A stretch of 64,000 bases of DNA, taken from contig CAWGHO010000003.1 of assembly GCA_963822445.1 (NCBI GenBank), positions 1,120,001 through 1,184,000 on the forward strand, given 5' to 3'. Within the stretch, counting starts at the first letter, position 1. Each line of letters starts with the position of its first letter. The notes beneath the pieces were generated by a model. That model did no database searches. It had not been told where the DNA came from and saw only the letters and a program-made list of their open reading frames with translations. The translations under genes were made by a program, and so were the position numbers. Below, one piece after another: positions 19,387 to 29,944 of the stretch. Source of the DNA: an uncultured Acidobacteriota bacterium. Its GTDB lineage: Bacteria; Acidobacteriota; Thermoanaerobaculia; Gp7-AA8.

Positions 19387-21267
19387 ATGACCACCCACCC
19401 GAAAAACTACCTCCTCACTCTCACCCTCGGCGCCCTCGGCGTCGTTTACGGCGACATCGGAACCAGTCCGCTGTACGCGCTCGAGGAATGCTTCAAGGTC
19501 CATCACGGCCAGCAGATCGCGGTCACGCACGACAACGTCCTTGGCGTGCTCTCGCTGATCACCTGGTCGCTGATTCTGGTGATCTCGCTCAAATATCTGG
19601 TCTTCGTGCTGCGCGCGGACAACCGCGGTGAGGGCGGCATCCTCGCGCTGATGTCCCTGGTCCGGCCGCGCGAGGCAGGGCGCCGCGGGGTCCGCCGCAC
19701 GATCCTCATCGCCCTCGGCCTCTTCGGCTCCGCACTGCTCTACGGCGACGGCATGATCACGCCGGCCATCACCATGCTCAGCGCTTTCGAAGGCATCGAC
19801 GTGGCCACGCCCGTCTTTCACGACTGGATCGTGCCGATGACCGTGGCTGCATTGATCGTGTTGTTCGCGGTGCAGAAACATGGCACCGCCCGCGTGGGGA
19901 TGCTCTTCGGACCGTTGATGCTGGTCTGGTTCGCGGTGCTGGCGGCGCTCGGCGTGTGGAACATCGTCCGCTTGCCGCACGTGCTGCTCGCGGCGAATCC
20001 AGTCTGGGCGGCGAAGTTCCTCCTGGCCCATCCGCTCGCCGGCTACCTGGTCCTCGGCGCGGTGTTCCTCGTCGTCACGGGCGGAGAGGCGCTCTACGCG
20101 GACATGGGGCACTTCGGCGCACGCCCGATCCGCATCGCCTGGTTCAGCGCCGTGTTTCCGGCGCTCCTGCTCAATTACTTCGGCCAGGGCGCGTTGCTGC
20201 TCCGCGATGCGAGCGCGGTGCGCGATCCGTTTTTTCTGATGGCGCCGCAATGGGCGCTGTGGCCGCTGGTCATCCTGTCGACGCTCGCCGCCGCGGTCGC
20301 ATCCCAGGCGGTGATCTCCGGATCTTTCTCGCTGACGCGGCAGGCGGTGCAGCTCGGCTACCTGCCGCGCATCACCATCCGCCACACTTCCGCGCGCGAG
20401 ATCGGCCAGATCTACATCCCGTCGGTGAACTGGCTGCTGATGGTCTGCGCGATCGGCCTGGTCATCGGCTTTAAGGAGACCACCGCATTGGCCGGCGCGT
20501 ACGGTGTCGCGGTCACGGCGACGATGGGCATCACCACGGCGCTGTTCGCGGTGATGGCGCGGGAGCGGTGGGGCTGGAAGCTGCCGATGGTCCTCGCCTT
20601 CGCGGTGCCGTTCCTGATCATCGATCTGGCGTTTTTCGGTGCGAACATCATCAAGGTCGCGGACGGCGGCTGGTTTCCACTGGCCGTCGGCGCATTGGTC
20701 TTCACGGCGATGACGACCTGGTACACGGGACGGCGCATTCTCACCGAGCGCCTCGCCGAAAGCTCGATGAGCAGCGAGGACTTCATCGGCCAGCTGGCGG
20801 CGAACAGGATTCATCGCGTGCGCGGCACGGCGATCTTCATGACCCGCAACCAGGAAGGCATTCCCACCGCGCTGCTGCACAACATCAAGCACAACAAGAT
20901 CGTGCACGACCGGACGGTCCTGCTCACGGTGAACATGGAGGAAAGTCCGCATCTCAGCGATGACGAGCGCGTGGAATGGATCGACCTCGGCCACGGCGTG
21001 TGGCGCCTCATCCTCCACTTCGGATTCATGGAAGACCCCGAGCTGCCGGAACTGCTCGGCAACCTGCAGGGGCCCGTGCCGTTCAACCCGATGGCCACGA
21101 GTTACTTTCTGGGCCGGGAGACGCTCGTCCCGACGGACGACCCGGGCATGGCCGAATGGCGCGAGCACCTCTTCGACTGGATGACCCGCAACGCCACCAG
21201 CGCGTCGATCTTCTTCAACCTCCCCGCAAATCAGGTCATCGAGCTGGGGGCGGTGGTGCGGATGTGA
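19387..21267 (+). CDS. kup: KUP/HAK/KT potassium transporter
   Basis: GVVYGDIGTSPLY, ADNRGEGG, GDGMITPA, TGGEALYADMGHFG, GQIYIP; start reassigned to ATG 19387. Confidence 0.95.
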   Translation: MTTHPKNYLLTLTLGALGVVYGDIGTSPLYALEECFKVHHGQQIAVTHDNVLGVLSLITWSLILVISLKYLVFVLRADNRGEGGILALMSLVRPREAGRRGVRRTILIALGLFGSALLYGDGMITPAITMLSAFEGIDVATPVFHDWIVPMTVAALIVLFAVQKHGTARVGMLFGPLMLVWFAVLAALGVWNIVRLPHVLLAANPVWAAKFLLAHPLAGYLVLGAVFLVVTGGEALYADMGHFGARPIRIAWFSAVFPALLLNYFGQGALLLRDASAVRDPFFLMAPQWALWPLVILSTLAAAVASQAVISGSFSLTRQAVQLGYLPRITIRHTSAREIGQIYIPSVNWLLMVCAIGLVIGFKETTALAGAYGVAVTATMGITTALFAVMARERWGWKLPMVLAFAVPFLIIDLAFFGANIIKVADGGWFPLAVGALVFTAMTTWYTGRRILTERLAESSMSSEDFIGQLAANRIHRVRGTAIFMTRNQEGIPTALLHNIKHNKIVHDRTVLLTVNMEESPHLSDDERVEWIDLGHGVWRLILHFGFMEDPELPELLGNLQGPVPFNPMATSYFLGRETLVPTDDPGMAEWREHLFDWMTRNATSASIFFNLPANQVIELGAVVRM

Positions 21268-21283
21268 GCGGCGGCGGGCCGCC

Positions 21284-21372
21284 GAATTGAAAATTGAGAA
21301 TTGAAAATTGAAAACGAGGGCAACTACTCATAACCGTCACGTTTTCAATTTTCAATTTTCAATTTTCAATTC
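21284..21372. repeat. AT-rich hairpin of tandem heptamers (aattgaa / ttcaatt); probable bidirectional terminator
   Basis: gaattgaaaattgagaattgaaaattgaaaacg ... cgttttcaattttcaattttcaattttcaattc between convergent genes. Confidence 0.8.
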
Positions 21373-21938
21373 GCCTCCGCGCCCCACGGGGGCGCGGGAG
21401 GCGTCACCGGCTTCGTCAGATCGAACTCCACCCGAAACCGCCGCCCCTGCGCCTCGCGGCGCAGTGCGTAGGTGAAGGTCCTGCCGGGATCGACGGCCAC
21501 GGTCCAGATGTTCGTCGCCGCGGTGGGGATCAGCTTCGCGGTGAAGTCATCGGCGTAAAAGTCGAGCGCGAGTGGATTCACGATCGCGCGCGTGTCCCCG
21601 CCGTATTGCGTGACGCGATCTTCCGAGCCGTCCTCGTGACGATGATCGTGTTTGAGGCGGACGCCATCCGCGGTCCGGGTGAGGACCCACGTGCGCGAGC
21701 GGTTTTCGCCGGCGTGGAAGGGGATGCGGATCTCGTTTGCCGAGCATTCCCGGATGTGCATGACCAGGCGCTGCTCGCGGAACGCCGCGTCGGACGGCTC
21801 GGTGCCTTCGACCACGCGTCCTTCGAAGGCTTTGCCGCACAACGGCTGCAGCGCGGACCAGAGCGAATCGGCCGGCGTCGACGTGCGGCAGGCGGACAGG
21901 AGGAAAAACAGAACAAAGACTGCTATCGTTCTCGGCAC
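21366..21938 (-). CDS. Conserved hypothetical lipoprotein
   Basis: Lipobox LSAC; LCGKAFEG, RSRTWVLT, LKHDHRHEDG.ED.VTQYGG, PPPWG. Confidence 0.8.
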   Translation of the reverse strand: MPRTIAVFVLFFLLSACRTSTPADSLWSALQPLCGKAFEGRVVEGTEPSDAAFREQRLVMHIRECSANEIRIPFHAGENRSRTWVLTRTADGVRLKHDHRHEDGSEDRVTQYGGDTRAIVNPLALDFYADDFTAKLIPTAATNIWTVAVDPGRTFTYALRREAQGRRFRVEFDLTKPVTPPAPPWGAEAN

Positions 21939-21944
21939 ACCATC

Positions 21945-24899
21945 ATGCTAGCTCGCAACGTCGTTCGCGCGATCGCCGCGCTCTGCCTTTCCACGCTGCC
22001 GCTGTTTGCGCAGACCACCGCCTCGCTCACCGGTCAGGTCACGATCGGCGATGAGCCCGCGCCCGGTGTGATCGTCACGGTCACTTCGCCGTCGCTGCAG
22101 GGATCGCGATCGGCGGAGACCGGTGCGAACGGCGCGTATCGCTTTTCGGCGCTTCCGCCCGGCGAGTATCGCGTTCGCTTCACCCTCGCCGGCGCGCAGG
22201 AGGAGACCGCCACGGCGCAACTGCAGCTCGCGCAGACCACGCGGCTCGATGCGGTCCTCGACATCGTGCTGGACACACACACCACCGTTCTCGCGGCGCC
22301 GCCTTCCGAGCTCGAAACGCCCGCGGTCGCGACGACGATGACCCTCGCCGAGATCGAGCGCCTCCCCGTGCAGCGCAACCAGCTGGCAACCGCGCAGTTC
22401 ATGCCCGGCGTGACCGCCAACGTTCTGACGAACGGCCAGGTCTCGATCTCCGGCGCGCCTGGGTATGACTCGCTGGCGATCGTCGACGGCGTCGTCGTCA
22501 ACGAAAACACCCGCGGGCAGATGCGGCCGATGTACGTCGAAGACGCGATTCAGGAGACGACCGTGCTCACCGGCGCGATTTCCGCCGAATACGGCCGCTT
22601 CACCGGCGGCGTGATCAGCACGCTGACCCGCTCGGGCGGCAACGAGGTCACCGGCTCGCTGCGCGACTCGCTCAGCAATCCTTCCTGGTCCTCGACCACG
22701 CCCGCCAACGAATCGCGCGAGGACTCGCTGAGCCACGTCTGGGAATCGACCCTCGGCGGATTCGTGATGCGCGACCGGCTCTGGTACTTCGGCGCCGGAC
22801 GCTGGGCGAAGAACGACACCGCCCGGCAGACCATCGCCGTGCCGGCTTTCACCGGTCCCGAATCGACGCCGCGCTCGCCGCAGATCAGCTATCTCGAATC
22901 GAACGATCAGAAGCGCTTCGAAGCGAAGCTCACCGCCCAGCCGCTGGCCAATCACAACATCGTCGGCTCGTACTTCGGTATCGACACGAAAGGGACGAAC
23001 GCCCGCGCCGCGAACAACATTTACGACGAGGCCAGCCTCACCACGCGCATGGATCCGGAGTCGTTGCTCGCGTTCCGTTACGACCTCCTGGCCGCGCAGG
23101 ATCTGCTCATCACCGGCCGCTTCGCGAAACGCGACATGGCCCTGCAGAGCGGCTCGGAGCTGACCGATCTCGTCGGCGGCACGGTCCTCTTCGACCGCGC
23201 GAACGGCAACGCGCGCTTCAACTCTCCGTCGCTCTGCTCGGTCTGCGGCACCGAGAATCGCGACAACCGGAATCTCGCCCTCGAAGGGCAATGGTTCGCG
23301 GACACGCGCCGGTTCGGCAGCCACAGTCTGGTCGCGGGCATCGACCGTTTCGAGGAGCGCCGCAGCAGCGCCGGCCATGACAGCGGAAGCGATTTCGGTC
23401 TCTTCGTGAGCCGCGCGCAGTTCAAGGACGGCGCGATCTATCCGGTGATCACGCCGACGACGAACAACGGCGGCGGGACGTTCATCCGCTGGATGCCGTT
23501 GCTCGTCGAGCCGCAACCGAATCGCCTGCGCACCGACTCGGTCTACATCAACGATCGCTGGGACCCGTCGGTGCACTGGAGCATCTCCGCCGGCGCGCGT
23601 TTCGACAGCAATGACGCCGTCGATGCCGACGGCACGGTGATGTCGGACGACAGTCGCATCTCGCCGCGCCTGGTCGTGCAGTACGACCTCGCCGGCGACG
23701 GGCGCCATCGCTTCAGCGCGTCGTACGGCGAATACGCGTCCCGCATCGCCGACAGCATCGCCTCGGCCAACCAGACCGCGGGCATCACCGGCGCGATCGA
23801 CTTCGCTTACCGCGGTCCGGCCATCAACGCCAACTCGCTCAACGTGCCGATGGCCGACGCCATCCGCATGGTCTTCGACTACTTCAACAGCACTCAGGGC
23901 GGCACGAACAACCGGGCCGCGAACAACCTCCGCCCGAACGGCACCCGTTCCATTCCCGGCTACTCGTCCTATGTCGACGGCACCCTGGCCGCGCCGTACG
24001 TGCAGGAGCTGACTGCCGGGTACGGCATGTCGATCGGCAATCGCGGCTTCGCCAAGATCGACGTGATCAGCCGCGACTGGCGTGATCTCTACGCGGCCAG
24101 CGTCACCCAGAACACCCGCCGCACGAGCACGCCCCTCGGCATCCCCGTCGATCTCGTGCGCAACGGCAACAGCGACAACCTCCAGCGCACCTACCGCGCC
24201 GTGCAACTGCAGGCGAGCTGGAATCACTCGCGATTCGACACCGGCGCGTTCTACACATGGTCGCAGCTCCGCGGAAATCATGAAGGGGAGAGCGCGACGA
24301 CGGGCGCGGTCGCCGACGCCGATCCTTCGATTTACTACCCCGAGTTCCTGAACTACGAGCGCTTTTCCCCGATCGGCTGGCTGCGCGGCGATCAGCGCCA
24401 TCGTCTCCGCGCCTGGGCCGGCGTCGCGCTCGGCTCGTTCCACGTCTCGCTCCTGCAGACCTTCGACTCCGGCCAGCCGTATTCAGCGGTCGCGCCGGTC
24501 AACGTCACGTCCTACGCCGGCGCGCCCGCGAATCCCGGCTACAACGCCATTGCCAACGGCGTGTACTTCATCAGCGACCGCGGCGAGTTCCGCACGCACG
24601 ACGTGCACTCGACCGACCTCGCGGTCCGCTACAGCCGCCGCATTCTCGGCGCGGAACTGTTTGCACAGGCCGACGTGCTCAACGTGATGAACAACGATGA
24701 CGTGGCCGATCCCCAGCGCCTCAACACCGGCGTCACCACCTCGGCGACGTCCGCAGCGTTCCAGCCGTTCGATCCTTTCAACACCATCCCCGTCGCCGGC
24801 ACGCATTACCAGCTCAACGCGAATTTCGGCCGGCCGCTGAACGATCTCGCCTATCAGCGGCCGCGGACGGTGAGGGCTTCGCTCGGCCTGCGTTTTTGA
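21945..24899 (+). CDS. TonB-dependent outer-membrane receptor (Oar-like, N-terminal carboxypeptidase-regulatory-like domain)
   Basis: Signal peptide, G.YRFSALPPGEYRVRF, plug ISAEYGRFTGGVISTLTRSGGN, C-terminal GLRF; start reassigned to ATG 21945. Confidence 0.9.
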   Translation: MLARNVVRAIAALCLSTLPLFAQTTASLTGQVTIGDEPAPGVIVTVTSPSLQGSRSAETGANGAYRFSALPPGEYRVRFTLAGAQEETATAQLQLAQTTRLDAVLDIVLDTHTTVLAAPPSELETPAVATTMTLAEIERLPVQRNQLATAQFMPGVTANVLTNGQVSISGAPGYDSLAIVDGVVVNENTRGQMRPMYVEDAIQETTVLTGAISAEYGRFTGGVISTLTRSGGNEVTGSLRDSLSNPSWSSTTPANESREDSLSHVWESTLGGFVMRDRLWYFGAGRWAKNDTARQTIAVPAFTGPESTPRSPQISYLESNDQKRFEAKLTAQPLANHNIVGSYFGIDTKGTNARAANNIYDEASLTTRMDPESLLAFRYDLLAAQDLLITGRFAKRDMALQSGSELTDLVGGTVLFDRANGNARFNSPSLCSVCGTENRDNRNLALEGQWFADTRRFGSHSLVAGIDRFEERRSSAGHDSGSDFGLFVSRAQFKDGAIYPVITPTTNNGGGTFIRWMPLLVEPQPNRLRTDSVYINDRWDPSVHWSISAGARFDSNDAVDADGTVMSDDSRISPRLVVQYDLAGDGRHRFSASYGEYASRIADSIASANQTAGITGAIDFAYRGPAINANSLNVPMADAIRMVFDYFNSTQGGTNNRAANNLRPNGTRSIPGYSSYVDGTLAAPYVQELTAGYGMSIGNRGFAKIDVISRDWRDLYAASVTQNTRRTSTPLGIPVDLVRNGNSDNLQRTYRAVQLQASWNHSRFDTGAFYTWSQLRGNHEGESATTGAVADADPSIYYPEFLNYERFSPIGWLRGDQRHRLRAWAGVALGSFHVSLLQTFDSGQPYSAVAPVNVTSYAGAPANPGYNAIANGVYFISDRGEFRTHDVHSTDLAVRYSRRILGAELFAQADVLNVMNNDDVADPQRLNTGVTTSATSAAFQPFDPFNTIPVAGTHYQLNANFGRPLNDLAYQRPRTVRASLGLRF

Positions 24900-24959
24900 G
24901 ACTGCTGTCCGGCAAATTAAAAGCAGTGCGGCGCTTACACTCGCGCCGGTCCAATTTCC

Positions 24960-27404
24960 ATGGAGCTCATCGGGCGGCAGTTCGGCCATATCCGGGTCAC
25001 GGAAGTCATCGGCGAAGGGGGCATGGGTGCGGTCTATGCCGGCTATGACGACAGGCTGGACCGCAAAGTCGCGCTGAAGGTTCTGCACGCCGAGCAGCGA
25101 CTCGACGAAGAAGCGCGCGAGAGGCTGCTGCGCGAAGCGCGCGCCCTCTCCAAGGTCGACCACCCCAACATCTGCCGCATTCACGACTACATCGAGACCG
25201 CCGACGTCGATCTGCTGGTGCTCGAGTTCATCGACGGCCGCACGCTCGATGTCGCGCTCGAAGGCGGCATTGCGTACAGCGAGAAGTTGCGGGTCGCCAC
25301 GACCATCGCCGAGGTTCTGCTGCGGGCGCACCGGGCGGGGATCGTCCATCGCGATCTGAAGCCCGACAACGTGATGATCACCTCGGCGGGGGAGGTGAAG
25401 GTCCTCGACTTCGGACTCGCGCGCTGGCTGCGCGACGCGCGCAAATCATCCGGACGGAACCGCGGCGTAGAGCAGACACTCCTGTCTGCTCCGTCCGAAC
25501 AGACAGGAGTGTCTGTTCTACGCCTCCCGCAACCGTGGATTACACCGGGCGGTCGTTCGCCGCGGCCCGAACTGGCAACGGCCATGGGCGTCACCCTCGG
25601 CACGCCGTTCTACATGAGTCCCGAGCAGGCTCGCGGGGAGCCGCTCACGCCCGCGAGCGACATGTACGCGTTCGGTCTGCTCCTGCAGATCATGTTTTCG
25701 GGAACGCAGCCGCATCCGGAGAACATGCCATCGCGCGACGTGATCCTGCGCGTTGCGCAAGGGGAGACACAGCCGGCCACTGGCGCGCCGAAAAGCATCC
25801 TCCCGCTCATCAACGCGCTCAAATCGTTTGCGCCGGCCGATCGCCCGACCGCTACGGACGCGGTCGCGAAACTGCGATGGCTGATTGCCAGGCCGCAACG
25901 CATTGCACGCCGCTCCGCGATCGCCGCCGTGGTCGTCCTGGCCCTCCTCGGATTGTGGCGCTACACGGTCGATCTCAAAACGGAGCGAGCCGAGGCGCAG
26001 AGGCAGCGGGCTCGGGCCGAGGATCTGATCAACTTCATGCTCGGCGATCTGCGCAGGAAGCTCGAGCCGGTCGGCCGGCTGGATGTCCTCGACGACGTCG
26101 GTGAAAAAGCACTGCAATACACCGCCGAACTGCGCCCCGAGGTCATGTCAGCCGAAGAGCTGTCGCGCAATGCCGCGGCCCTCCATCAACTGGGTGAAGT
26201 GCGCATTGGACAGGGCAAGGGGCCGGAGGCCGCGGCGATCTTTCGCCGTTCGCTGAAGCTGAGCGAGCTCGCTGTGAAGAAAGCCCCCGGCGATCCGAAA
26301 GCGCTTTTCGTTTATGCCCAGACCCAGTACTGGATCGGCAATGGTCTTTACACCGATGGCAATGTCGAAGCGGCGCTCGTGCACATGCGCGAGTATTTGC
26401 GCGTCGCCAATCGCCTGGTCGAGCTCGAGCCGGCCAATCGCGATTATCAGCGCGAGGTCGCATACGGTCACGGCAACGTCGCCTCGATGCTCGAAAACCT
26501 CGGCCAGCCGCGCGAGGCCTTGCCGCACCACCGTCTGAATCTTCAGGTCAAAGAGCGGCTCGACGACGGCAGCAACAGCAGCCGCGCGGAGATTGCCGTC
26601 GGCTGCAACAAAGTCGCGCTCGCGCTCTACAAGCTCGGCGACCTGCGTCAGGCCCTCGAATACTTCCGGCGCGAGCATCAGATTTACAGCGAGCTGACGG
26701 CGCGCGATCCGAAAGACATGCGCTGGAAGCAGAAATTCGCCACGAACATGGCCTATCTCGGCCGCGCACTGATTGCCAGTGGACAGCGCGACGAGGGCGC
26801 CGCCTTGTACGAAAAAGAGCTGGCCATCGAGAGCGAGCTCGCCGAACGCGATCCCGCCAATGTCGTCTGGCAACGCAGCGTGGCCATCAGCACGCGGCAT
26901 GTTGCCGAGGCCAGGGCCCGTCGCGGCGAGGTCGCTGGTGCGCATGAGCTGTACAGAAAGGCGCGGGCCAAGATCGCCGAAGCGATGAAGCTTGCGCCGA
27001 CGCGAACGTCGTATGCGGTGGATGCTGCGGTGATCGACGTTGAATACGGGCGCTTCCTGTCCGAGAACGGTGATGTCAGCGGCGGCCTGCGCATCATTCG
27101 CCAGGCCATTCCACGATTACAGAAGTTGGAGGCCACTGCGTCAACGGCGCGTGCGCTCTTCTACGAAGCGGAAATTCTGCGCAAGACGAAACCGCAATCG
27201 GCGGAAGCGATTTACAGCATTGCGGAACGTGAGCTGGCGCCGGTCATCGCGAAGTCGTCCGATCCTTCCGATCTCGCGCTGTGGACGCGGATCCTCATCC
27301 GCCGCGGTCTTCACGCCGACGCGAAGGCGATGCTCGCCCGCATGCGCGCAAACGGGCAGTGGGTTGGCGAGCTCGAGCAGATGTGCCGCGAGTCCGGCTG
27401 TTGA
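24960..27404 (+). CDS. Ser/Thr protein kinase-TM-TPR receptor, copy 1
   Basis: [34 protein letters not shown]; one hydrophobic segment; TPR-like repeats. Confidence 0.92.
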   Translation: MELIGRQFGHIRVTEVIGEGGMGAVYAGYDDRLDRKVALKVLHAEQRLDEEARERLLREARALSKVDHPNICRIHDYIETADVDLLVLEFIDGRTLDVALEGGIAYSEKLRVATTIAEVLLRAHRAGIVHRDLKPDNVMITSAGEVKVLDFGLARWLRDARKSSGRNRGVEQTLLSAPSEQTGVSVLRLPQPWITPGGRSPRPELATAMGVTLGTPFYMSPEQARGEPLTPASDMYAFGLLLQIMFSGTQPHPENMPSRDVILRVAQGETQPATGAPKSILPLINALKSFAPADRPTATDAVAKLRWLIARPQRIARRSAIAAVVVLALLGLWRYTVDLKTERAEAQRQRARAEDLINFMLGDLRRKLEPVGRLDVLDDVGEKALQYTAELRPEVMSAEELSRNAAALHQLGEVRIGQGKGPEAAAIFRRSLKLSELAVKKAPGDPKALFVYAQTQYWIGNGLYTDGNVEAALVHMREYLRVANRLVELEPANRDYQREVAYGHGNVASMLENLGQPREALPHHRLNLQVKERLDDGSNSSRAEIAVGCNKVALALYKLGDLRQALEYFRREHQIYSELTARDPKDMRWKQKFATNMAYLGRALIASGQRDEGAALYEKELAIESELAERDPANVVWQRSVAISTRHVAEARARRGEVAGAHELYRKARAKIAEAMKLAPTRTSYAVDAAVIDVEYGRFLSENGDVSGGLRIIRQAIPRLQKLEATASTARALFYEAEILRKTKPQSAEAIYSIAERELAPVIAKSSDPSDLALWTRILIRRGLHADAKAMLARMRANGQWVGELEQMCRESGC

Positions 27405-27428
27405 GTCATTTTTCCTTCTCTCCCGAAC

Positions 27429-27437
27429 TGCTATAAT
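27429..27437 (+). promoter_or_regulatory. Extended -10 promoter (TGcTATAAT) of kinase copy 2
   Basis: Consensus TGnTATAAT ending 32 nt upstream of the ATG; context shared with copy 3. Confidence 0.75.
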
Positions 27438-27469
27438 CCGCGCGGGCCTTACCACCACACAACCTGCGT

Positions 27470-29944
27470 ATGGAGCTCATCGGACGGCAGTTCGGGCATA
27501 TCCGCGTCTCCGGAGTCATCGGCGAAGGCGGCATGGGGGCGGTCTATGCGGGGCATGATGAGAAGCTGGACCGCAAGGTCGCGCTGAAAGTCCTCCACGC
27601 CGAACAGCGTCTCGACAGCGAGGCGCGCACGCGGCTGTTACGTGAAGCGCAGACGCTTTCCCGGGTCGATCATCCGAACATCTGCCGGATCTACGATTAC
27701 ATCGAGAGCGGAGACGTCGACCTGCTCGTGCTCGAGTACATCGACGGCCGCACGTTGCAGTCGGCGATGGATGAAGGCCTTCCGCAGGCCGAGCGGATGC
27801 GCATCGCGTCGACGATTGCCGAGGTGCTGGTCGTCGCTCACCGCGCGGGCATCGTCCATCGCGATCTGAAGCCGGACAACGTGATGCTCACGAAAACCGG
27901 CGCCGTGAAGGTGCTGGACTTCGGCCTGGCGCGGCTGTTCGAGAAGGGCCGGAAGTCTTCCGACTCTCATTCGGTGGCGGGTGAAGCAGTCGAACCGTCC
28001 ATTGCCGCGACGATGGTCATGCCCTCCGTGCATGCGTCGGACGTCAGCCCATCAGGCCGGGCCGCCTTCCTCGCCACGGCCGCAGGCATCGCCCTCGGCA
28101 CGCCGCTCTACATGAGTCCCGAACAGGCCCGCGGCGAGGCACTGACGCCGGCCAGCGACATGTTTTCCTTCGGGTTGCTCCTGCAGGTCCTCTTCACCGG
28201 CAAGGAGCCACATCCGGAAGTGATGAGCGCGAGGGACGTCATCCTTCGCGTCGCGCGAGGTGAGACCAATCCCGTTGAAGGTGCGCCGAAAGACATCACC
28301 GTGCTCGTAAACAATCTCAAGATGCTCGCCCCGGCCGACCGTCCGACGGCCGTCCAGGCGGTGGAGCGGCTCCGGTTTCTGATCGCGAAGCCGCAGCGGA
28401 TCGCGCGGCGCGCGATCGCCGCAGGCGTCGCGTTGATGATGCTCTTCGGCGTCTGGCGTTACACCGTGGACCTCGATCGCGAGCGGGCCGTCGCCGTGGC
28501 AGCACGCGCGGACGCGGAGAACCTCATCGAATACATGCTCGGCGATCTGCGCAAGAAACTCGAGCCGGTTGGAAGACTAGACATCCTCGACGATGCCAGC
28601 CAGCGCGCGCTGGCGTACATCGGCTCGCATCAGCCGGCGACGATGTCCAATGACGCGCTCGCGCGAAGCTCCAAGGCGCTCAATCAGCTCGGCGAAGTGC
28701 GGATCGGACAGGGGAAGCTTCACGATGCACTCGCGCTGTTCAAGCGGTCCTTGAGCCTGGCCGAACTGGCCTTGAAGCGCGAGCCCGATTCGGCACCTGC
28801 GCAGCTCGCCGTCGCAACGACGCACTTCTGGATCGGCGACGTCTACCGGAAACAGGGAAATCTGAAGGACGCGCTCGCGCACTACACGCTCTACATGAAC
28901 GGCGCCGAGGCGCTTTTCAAGGCCCATCCGGAAAACGATGAGTATCAACTCGAGCGCGGGTATGGCCACGCCAACGTTGCGTCGATCTACGAGTTGCAAG
29001 GCGAGTTCTCCCGCGCGCTCGAACACCTGCGCTTGACGCGGGAGGTCAAGGTCGCCCGCGTGGCCGCCAAGCCTTCCGACGCGGAACGCCAGGGAGACCT
29101 CGCCCGAACCCTGAACCGGATCGGTTTCGTTCTCGAGCGCAGCGGCGACCTCCGCGGCGCGCGCGCCAACTACGAGCAGGAGTTCGCTACGTACTCGCGG
29201 CTCGTCGCCCGCGATCCCCAGAACAGCCGCTGGAAGCACCGGTTGATCGTGAGCCACGACTTCCTCGCCCGGATGTTCGAGATGACCGGCGACGTGGACG
29301 CTGCGTTGAAACACCGCCGGGCCGAGCTGGTGCTCAGCGAACAGCTCGCGGAGCGCGATCCCGAGAACGCGCAGTGGCAGAGGAATCTCGCCGTGATCCA
29401 AATGCAGTACGGCGACGTGCTGCGCGTCGCCGGCGAGTTCGCGCCGGCGTTGAAATCGATTCGCACGGGCGAGGCCTCGATGGAACGCCTTCTGATGCGC
29501 AAGGAAACGGTGTCGTCGTGGCATCGCGATCTGGCGACGATTCAGACCGCGGCGGCCCAGGCATACCTGGCCAATGGAAACGCCGCCGCCGCAGAACAGT
29601 CGGCCGCCGCATCGGTTGCGCTCGCCGAACCGCTGCTTACCATGGACGCGGCCATGCCGCGTCATATCGCCGAGAGCTACCTGGCCCTCGGCGACGCCCG
29701 CGCTGCCGCCGGGAACGCAGTGCGCGCCCGGGAAGCGTGGTCGACAGCAGTCGACGTGTTGTCCCGGGTGCCGGCCGAACAGCGCACTCCGGAGCTGCTC
29801 GACACGCTCGTCCGGACGCTTCTCCGCCTCGACCGTCGGGACGAAGCCGAGCCGCTGATCGAGCAATTGACACGCATCGGATATCGCGCTCCCGATTTCA
29901 TGAGAGCGATTGCAACAGCGAGAGAAAAGGAGGCAAGCATATGA
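27470..29944 (+). CDS. Ser/Thr protein kinase-TM-TPR receptor, copy 2
   Basis: Same Hanks motifs; TM then [20 protein letters not shown] and TPR repeats. Confidence 0.92.
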   Translation: MELIGRQFGHIRVSGVIGEGGMGAVYAGHDEKLDRKVALKVLHAEQRLDSEARTRLLREAQTLSRVDHPNICRIYDYIESGDVDLLVLEYIDGRTLQSAMDEGLPQAERMRIASTIAEVLVVAHRAGIVHRDLKPDNVMLTKTGAVKVLDFGLARLFEKGRKSSDSHSVAGEAVEPSIAATMVMPSVHASDVSPSGRAAFLATAAGIALGTPLYMSPEQARGEALTPASDMFSFGLLLQVLFTGKEPHPEVMSARDVILRVARGETNPVEGAPKDITVLVNNLKMLAPADRPTAVQAVERLRFLIAKPQRIARRAIAAGVALMMLFGVWRYTVDLDRERAVAVAARADAENLIEYMLGDLRKKLEPVGRLDILDDASQRALAYIGSHQPATMSNDALARSSKALNQLGEVRIGQGKLHDALALFKRSLSLAELALKREPDSAPAQLAVATTHFWIGDVYRKQGNLKDALAHYTLYMNGAEALFKAHPENDEYQLERGYGHANVASIYELQGEFSRALEHLRLTREVKVARVAAKPSDAERQGDLARTLNRIGFVLERSGDLRGARANYEQEFATYSRLVARDPQNSRWKHRLIVSHDFLARMFEMTGDVDAALKHRRAELVLSEQLAERDPENAQWQRNLAVIQMQYGDVLRVAGEFAPALKSIRTGEASMERLLMRKETVSSWHRDLATIQTAAAQAYLANGNAAAAEQSAAASVALAEPLLTMDAAMPRHIAESYLALGDARAAAGNAVRAREAWSTAVDVLSRVPAEQRTPELLDTLVRTLLRLDRRDEAEPLIEQLTRIGYRAPDFMRAIATAREKEASI

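Noticed and set aside
21284-21372. Possible CRISPR array in the short repeats (also 9766 and 19307)
   Set aside because: Units are 7-8 nt, with no unique spacers and no cas genes
21948-24443. 831-aa antisense ORF; similar long shadow ORFs at 19333-21168, 38082-39752 and 59133-61901
   Set aside because: They mirror well-supported genes on the other strand and are expected from high GC3 codon bias; no motifs
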